This document shows, piece by piece, positions 58,822 to 64,000 of a stretch of 64,000 nt of DNA. The DNA is from an uncultured virus (IMG/VR IMGVR_UViG_3300031227_000031). Taxonomy: Duplodnaviria; Heunggongvirae; Uroviricota; Caudoviricetes. Positions within the stretch are counted from its first letter, which is position 1. Each line of letters opens with the position of its first letter. The stretch lies in IMG/VR virus record IMGVR_UViG_3300031227_000031. The stretch is one strand, 5' to 3'. Both the position numbers and the translations under genes were made by a program. The notes below the pieces were generated by a model that did not search any database, had not been told where the DNA came from, and saw nothing but the letters and a program-made list of their open reading frames with translations.

Positions 58822-60857
58822 CCGAACATCCTTTTCATTGTGGCGTTATATACTCCGCCACGATTGTTCATCGATCGGCTATAAATGCCTTCAATAACAT
58901 CCGGGTTCTGCGCCAAATAATCCCTAAACGATCGATTATCTATGGCATTAATATTAAAGACGTTTACCACTTGTGGCCCCCCGCCCATTGAATCTCCGCG
59001 GTTTAAACGATGAAGATTATTGGAACCAAGATTTCGCATCCCGGTCCGGTTCAATACGCCTTCCCCATCTTCAAGCATTGCAGGAACAATTCCACCACCT
59101 TGAAACCGGCGCACAGGGCCACCGCCAAGATACCGGTTAGCTGTAACGGTGCCACCACCATGGTAAGCTTTTCCCGCAAACGCCCCGCCAAAAATAGAGC
59201 CTAACACCGCATGTGCGGCCATGTCTGTGAAAATTTTTATGACAGTATTTCCAAACGCTGTAAAAGCATCAGTCAATTTATCAAGATCCCCCATGACAAC
59301 ATCGAAAAAGAGCGTGGACACATTTTGTCGTGCTGAATCAGCGAATTTTTTAACAGACAATTCCCAATCATAATTGACGATTTTCTTGAATTTATCTGTA
59401 AAGGTTTCTAGCCCCTTAATCAGTCCACCAGCAGGCCCGCCTTCTGCCCCAGTTTGTGTGTTTTTAGCTTTGTTCATTTTATTCTCAAATTTAGCGAAAA
59501 TTTTATCTAATTTTTCAAAAGGAGCAATTAAGTCTTGCGTTATTTGTTCGCCTAATCCTATACCTTCGTCGGGGAATAGTTTGTTCAGCCTTTCCATTCC
59601 TTGTGAAACAACATTCTTGAAGAACTTATCCTGGAACTCTTCGCCCGCAGCTTTTCCCATTGCGCCACCGGCTGAGTACCCGGCAGCTTTCATGTCTGCT
59701 TGAAGTTTTTTAGCGAGTGGAGAATCGGGCGAACTTAGTGTTTGTTTATAAATATCCCCAGCGTACTGTTTTGTAAAAGGTGATTGTCTATTCGCATTCC
59801 GCTGTATTTGTTCAGGAAGAGCAGCGGCGATTTCAGCAAAAACAGAAATAACCTGCATCCCCTTATATAAAGGATCTATAACATAATGCTTAAGGATAAC
59901 TCCTACACCAATGCCAAACTTCATAACTCCGGCTAGGCTTTGGTTAAAATTCGCGGCTTCATCTCCGCCTTCTTTCAACGCATCGCCCATTTCTATAAAC
60001 TTATTTTTGATTTCGATAATTGCAACGCGGACACTCGGCGCCATAATTAAGAATAAACCAAGCCGTTTTTGCCAATCATCAAAGACGTTACTAAGCTGCG
60101 CCACGGCCCCGGCATAAGTATAAATATCTTTAGCGGCTTTCCCTCCATGCTGTTTGTTGATAGCTTTTAATAATGCTGCAAACTTTGCAGACTCTGGAAT
60201 ATTTTTAGCGATACTTGTCCCGTACCTCGACATTGCGCCAATGTATCCACCAAAGGCTTTAGCCGTTATTGCGACAGCAGATTTTAGATCCATTTTCATT
60301 GCAACGGCAAAATCAATGGTAGCTTGTGTTGCGGCTTTAAGGTTGTTGGCGGCACCTTTTCCACCCATGGCCAAAAGCATATCCATGGCTTCCATTACGT
60401 CTTCTTCGCCGAAACGTGAGGTTTTCTGCATTTCAGCGGCGAATTTCTGAAACTCTTTGGAAGATGATTTACTAAACTTCCCAACCTTTTTTAAAGAAAT
60501 ATTCAAACGCGCAATGGCGTCTTCAAACCGTTGCGCTTTCTGCGTGGCTTCTTTTGTGAATTGAATTAATGGCCGTAGGGCAAATACCCAGACTAAAATA
60601 AGGTTACGGATCCGACCGATTTGGCCAGCAAGTTTACCGACTTCAAACCCGAAGGTCCGGGCATGTCGGCCAGCTTTCGTCATGGATTTACCCATTTTAT
60701 CAAAATCAAGGGCCATACCTTTCCCTTGTTTTTTGATCTCGACACCGGCTTTTTTTATAGCAGCAATTTGCTCTTTCGTCGCTTTGACGAATTTACCAGT
60801 CGCCGCATCCTTAAAAGAAAGGTATGTCACAAACTTATTTATGGTTTCATTTCCCAT
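58818..60857 (-). CDS. Tape measure protein
   Basis: Helical Ala/Lys-rich body; YHGGG...VPAMLEDGEGVL C-terminus. Confidence 0.85.
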   Translation of the reverse strand: MGNETINKFVTYLSFKDAATGKFVKATKEQIAAIKKAGVEIKKQGKGMALDFDKMGKSMTKAGRHARTFGFEVGKLAGQIGRIRNLILVWVFALRPLIQFTKEATQKAQRFEDAIARLNISLKKVGKFSKSSSKEFQKFAAEMQKTSRFGEEDVMEAMDMLLAMGGKGAANNLKAATQATIDFAVAMKMDLKSAVAITAKAFGGYIGAMSRYGTSIAKNIPESAKFAALLKAINKQHGGKAAKDIYTYAGAVAQLSNVFDDWQKRLGLFLIMAPSVRVAIIEIKNKFIEMGDALKEGGDEAANFNQSLAGVMKFGIGVGVILKHYVIDPLYKGMQVISVFAEIAAALPEQIQRNANRQSPFTKQYAGDIYKQTLSSPDSPLAKKLQADMKAAGYSAGGAMGKAAGEEFQDKFFKNVVSQGMERLNKLFPDEGIGLGEQITQDLIAPFEKLDKIFAKFENKMNKAKNTQTGAEGGPAGGLIKGLETFTDKFKKIVNYDWELSVKKFADSARQNVSTLFFDVVMGDLDKLTDAFTAFGNTVIKIFTDMAAHAVLGSIFGGAFAGKAYHGGGTVTANRYLGGGPVRRFQGGGIVPAMLEDGEGVLNRTGMRNLGSNNLHRLNRGDSMGGGPQVVNVFNINAIDNRSFRDYLAQNPDVIEGIYSRSMNNRGGVYNATMKRMFG

Positions 60858-61167
60858 GACGTTTCTGCGCCTCAATTTTAGCTATTTCATCTTCAACAAT
60901 TTCAAATGCTTCAATCAACTTTGCTGGCTGTTGCCCGGCATTTCCTGGAAACAACAATGCGTTGTTTTTATATTGCTGGTACCATCTAACATACATTACT
61001 GATAATGGCGTGACTGATTTTGCCGGACACTCTTTAAGTATTTCTCCATCAAGCTCAAATATATGCCCTTGTTTCATGGGGCATTTCATTGATTTTGGCA
61101 ATCGTGGGTTACATTCGTGGCATTGAATCTTATTTTGTCTTACCCAGACTGCCCGTCGGAGTTTTTT
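60847..61167 (-). CDS. Tail assembly chaperone, frameshift extension (gpT-like)
   Basis: -1 frame ORF overlapping the end of the gpG-like gene, just before the tape measure gene. Confidence 0.7.
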   Translation of the reverse strand, partial: KKLRRAVWVRQNKIQCHECNPRLPKSMKCPMKQGHIFELDGEILKECPAKSVTPLSVMYVRWYQQYKNNALLFPGNAGQQPAKLIEAFEIVEDEIAKIEAQKRHGK

Positions 61168-61610
61168 TCTTCCTCCTCCGACATACCTGATAATTCCCAA
61201 ATTTTACTTGACAACCAACGCAAAGCTTGCATCGGAATAGATTTGATGACGTCGTCTACTACAAAGTTTTGAGTAACTCCAAAAACCGTTTTATTCTCGG
61301 TTTTATACTCAACAGGTTTACCGTCACGATGATTAAACTTCTCAAACCCTTTCAGCCCAAGTTTAACGATAATAATATCTTGCTCAAGGTTAGATATTTT
61401 TGAATGGATATTGACTTTAACGTTTTCTGGGTTAGGCTTCTCGCCTTCTTTCACTTTGTCGTCGATGCTAACTTCTTGAACTACAATCTCCGCCATAAGT
61501 TGCGCTACGGTAACAGAGTCTAAACCCGTAATTTTCCATATTGTAGGATTGTTTTTATCCCACGGTAACGTTTCATTAATAATTTGACCAAATGCGACAG
61601 CGTTAATCAT
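61140..61610 (-). CDS. Tail assembly chaperone (gpG-like)
   Basis: Position; ends MSEEEEKN. Confidence 0.75.
   Translation of the reverse strand: MINAVAFGQIINETLPWDKNNPTIWKITGLDSVTVAQLMAEIVVQEVSIDDKVKEGEKPNPENVKVNIHSKISNLEQDIIIVKLGLKGFEKFNHRDGKPVEYKTENKTVFGVTQNFVVDDVIKSIPMQALRWLSSKIWELSGMSEEEEKNSDGQSG
61161..61167 (-). other. Programmed -1 frameshift slippery site A-AAA-AAC
   Basis: Minus strand gaA AAA AAC tcc at ...EEEKN. Confidence 0.75.
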
Positions 61611-61627
61611 TTTTTTCCTCCCCGATC

Positions 61628-62212
61628 TCAAAGCGGCGTAAGACCGATAGAGTCAGACCAATCAGAAGTGCTTTCTCCTGAAGACTGCAAAGCACTTGAT
61701 GTTCCGAATTTACCGAATCTTAACTTCGCCTTTTTGAGACCTGCCTTTTTTATTTTGTTATTAATCCACCTGAAAGTATCAGATCGAAGCCGGCGTGCCG
61801 TTCGATCACTTATGCCAATAAACATCCGGCGTACACGTGTTTTTCCTGCCCCTTCCTGCTGATGAATTATACCCAGCAAATCGCGTGGCGGGGATCCTTC
61901 AGACTTAACCCCTGCGGCCCATACTCCTTTACCGATTTTCCAGGAACTTATAGCCCGGAACATCTGCCCGGTATTCCACAACGGGCGCGTGGCCATCTGC
62001 GGACTACTGGCCGTTTTTTTCTTACGTCGAATCGTTGATGGCGCCAACGCAGTCATCCGCCCTCCACGAAGGTCCTGACTATTCCGGATCCGTTTCTTTC
62101 CTTCATCAGCAACCTTTTTTGCCAATGATTTCAGTAAAGCATCCGGTTTATCAAGACCTTCGAGTTTAGGAACATACTCCGCAGTTATTCCGAACTCAAA
62201 TTCACTTGGCAT
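61628..62212 (-). CDS. Virion morphogenesis/tail completion protein (Mu gpG-like)
   Basis: LAPSTI..K, PLWNTGQM..AI, IHQ and RRMFIGIS. Confidence 0.8.
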   Translation of the reverse strand: MPSEFEFGITAEYVPKLEGLDKPDALLKSLAKKVADEGKKRIRNSQDLRGGRMTALAPSTIRRKKKTASSPQMATRPLWNTGQMFRAISSWKIGKGVWAAGVKSEGSPPRDLLGIIHQQEGAGKTRVRRMFIGISDRTARRLRSDTFRWINNKIKKAGLKKAKLRFGKFGTSSALQSSGESTSDWSDSIGLTPL

Positions 62213-62213
62213 A

Positions 62214-63221
62214 TTACGTAGTCGTGGTTGTGGTCGACGTCGAAGTTGTGGTTGTCGTAGTTGTGGTCGTACCAGCAAAGGTTATTGTTAACTCATCGTT
62301 CCCGGCCGTAGAGTTTTTATTGGCCTCCATTGTCGCGCTGTATGTACGAATACCTTCACGGTCATTCTGACTCAGCCCGGTGAACGCAGTTTTTGGCAAC
62401 GCAATTGTGCAAATCGAATCATCGCTTGATTGAAGAATAATACTGATTGCAGCTTCAGTGCTTACCTTCAATCTATTAAAGAAATCAAAATCAGCAACGA
62501 GTTGCTGTTCCGGGTCCAAAGTTACGATCGGATCCCGGCCAACAATCATCGCATGCAGAATGCCGGTTTCGTCTTGCGGTTTTGGCCGATAAATGATTTC
62601 GTTTTGCATATTAATTTCCATATTCTGAATAAGCATCGGCGAACTATGAACCGTGAACGTCGCGTTCTGGAAGATAAACGGTTTTTCATCTTCCGGTTCA
62701 GGGCTCGGCATAGACTCATCTTCATGTGTTGAATATTTACCCATAAACGTATACTCAACCATCACGGATTCACCAACAACAAAAATGAACCTTGCGTTGC
62801 CCATGGCACCCGCCAAGACTTTCTTCATTCCGTCTTCCCAAACAGCAATGGTGATTGTTTCCATAAGCGCTAATGTGGAAATCGGCGCATAAGCCGAAGA
62901 CGTGCTGCCGCTCAATGATTCATCAAGCCCACTAGCCTGCAAGTACGGACCGTTAGACGGAGACTCCCCTATATTTGCAATCGGCGGTGCCATAAGTTCA
63001 GCCCGGAACGTCAATTCAGCAAGATGCTGCCCCGTAAGCGACGCATGGCGTGATAATGATGCCGTAAACGGATTACGCTTAAACTTTGCCGGATTGAATT
63101 CAAATGCTGGCTCATACGCTAAAATTTTAGCTTGTCCGGCGCCAACAGTTATCGCCGTGCCTTTTGTTGATTCCAAACGGCCACCAACGTGTATTCTTCT
63201 TGTGATCATACCTCCAGCCAT
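62214..63221 (-). CDS. Major tail tube protein with poly-Thr C-terminus
   Basis: LESTKGT...NDELTITF followed by an 18-residue Thr/Ser run. Confidence 0.82.
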   Translation of the reverse strand: MAGGMITRRIHVGGRLESTKGTAITVGAGQAKILAYEPAFEFNPAKFKRNPFTASLSRHASLTGQHLAELTFRAELMAPPIANIGESPSNGPYLQASGLDESLSGSTSSAYAPISTLALMETITIAVWEDGMKKVLAGAMGNARFIFVVGESVMVEYTFMGKYSTHEDESMPSPEPEDEKPFIFQNATFTVHSSPMLIQNMEINMQNEIIYRPKPQDETGILHAMIVGRDPIVTLDPEQQLVADFDFFNRLKVSTEAAISIILQSSDDSICTIALPKTAFTGLSQNDREGIRTYSATMEANKNSTAGNDELTITFAGTTTTTTTTTSTSTTTTTT

Positions 63222-63236
63222 TTTACCCTCCTTTTA

Positions 63237-63683
63237 TCAAAAGACGTTTCTGTCTCTTATGGTTAACCTTATTTCATATTTATGGCAAAGAATGTTTCCA
63301 AACATCCCCAAAACAATATCAGCCTCAATGGGATATTGCACAACTTCAGCGGTGTTGTTTAACTGGTCGTTCCCGCGGAATACTGCAATTATAGAAACAA
63401 CGAGGTCTTCCACGGTTTTTGCCGTTTCATCCTCGTCTTTAAGCCCGTAAGCGCCTTCAATAACAAAATTAAAAGCATTCCGGGCGGTGCTATTGCTTCC
63501 ATGAACAATTTCGCTCAAACTGTTCAAGGAAAATTGGATAAAATTTATTTTGTCACTATCCTCAAAAGCATCTTTATAGGTAGACCACTCTTTACTATAC
63601 CGCTTGTAATCATGGACTTGGCCAATACCACTGACGCCCTCAAGAACAGTTTTTAGCGCTGTTCTGATGTTGGTGAGGGACAC
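63237..63683 (-). CDS. Tail terminator-like protein
   Basis: IRTALKTVLEGVSGIGQVHDY; upstream of tube gene. Confidence 0.65.
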   Translation of the reverse strand: MSLTNIRTALKTVLEGVSGIGQVHDYKRYSKEWSTYKDAFEDSDKINFIQFSLNSLSEIVHGSNSTARNAFNFVIEGAYGLKDEDETAKTVEDLVVSIIAVFRGNDQLNNTAEVVQYPIEADIVLGMFGNILCHKYEIRLTIRDRNVF

Positions 63684-63737
63684 GTTATCGCCGCCTTTTT
63701 GTGTGCCGGGAGAAAACTACAATCGCTGGCGCCGGCA

Positions 63738-63986
63738 TTATTTTGTAATACGATCAATTTGTTTTTCGTTGGTTTTGATTTTTTGCTCAATGCACGAAAG
63801 TCTCCGTTCATAGCCGACCTCAAGATCTTGATGATGAAATAAATGATTTGTAAAATGCGCATCAAGTTTTGCAACATCTGTCTTTATGTCGGTTAAAATG
63901 AAAAGAGCAATCGTAATCAGTACTGGCGTAATAAGTCTAAACATTTGCGTAAAGTCCTCAACGAATCGTCGAAAGTTTTCATGCAT
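63738..63986 (-). CDS. Small membrane protein with coiled-coil
   Basis: One TM segment. Confidence 0.5.
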   Translation of the reverse strand: MHENFRRFVEDFTQMFRLITPVLITIALFILTDIKTDVAKLDAHFTNHLFHHQDLEVGYERRLSCIEQKIKTNEKQIDRITK

Positions 63987-64000
63987 CAGGGTTATTACCT

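Larger units (their letters stand above)
50352..64000. mobile_element. Phage B: partial siphovirus-like genome (end of early region plus tail module)
   Basis: Second independent tail module with tube, chaperones, tape measure, Dit, hub and gpJ-like tip. Confidence 0.8.

Noticed and set aside
62214..62278. Arg/Pro/Gln-rich N-terminal extension of 61628-62278
   Set aside because: Alternative reading of the tube poly-Thr codons; the likely start is ATG 62212
54892..63450. Plus-strand ORFs within the phage B tail genes
   Set aside because: Antisense shadows of well-supported minus-strand genes
1..64000. Alternative genetic code or stop-codon recoding
   Set aside because: Long genes are intact in the standard code, and TAA, TGA and TAG all terminate tightly coupled genes

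Overview
The window is entirely bacteriophage DNA and appears to hold two different tailed phages. Phage A (1-50351) looks like a complete circular or terminally redundant genome of about 50.35 kb, because bases 1-127 recur exactly at 50352-50478. It is podovirus-like. Its leftward morphogenesis arm (about 8.5-39.4 kb) encodes TerS/TerL, portal, scaffold, major capsid, adaptor, a P22 gp10-like tail protein, fibres/spike and ejection proteins. Its rightward early arm (41.2-50.3 kb plus 1-8.5 kb) encodes a Cas4-like nuclease, Sak4-like ATPase, SSB, MT-A70 methylase, ERCC4 nuclease, AAA helicase, metallophosphoesterase, a stand-alone NrdD glycyl-radical domain, GroEL and a GroES-like protein. After 50352 the sequence continues into phage B, a siphovirus tail module (tube, frameshifted chaperones, tape measure, Dit, hub, NlpC/P60-gpJ fusion, fibre, holin). 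The most unusual features are in phage A: (1) fibre/spike proteins with Sec-type signal peptides and paired cysteines, co-encoded with a TMTC-like GT-C membrane glycosyltransferase and a methyltransferase, suggesting periplasmic maturation or glycosylation of virion appendages; (2) an HlyC-like acyltransferase next to an ejection protein with an N-terminal C39 peptidase and a double-glycine-type cleavage motif; (3) a dif (XerCD) site in a genome with no recognisable integrase; (4) an early region of cassettes joined by recurring junction sequences. All family assignments come from motif recognition by eye; no searches were run.
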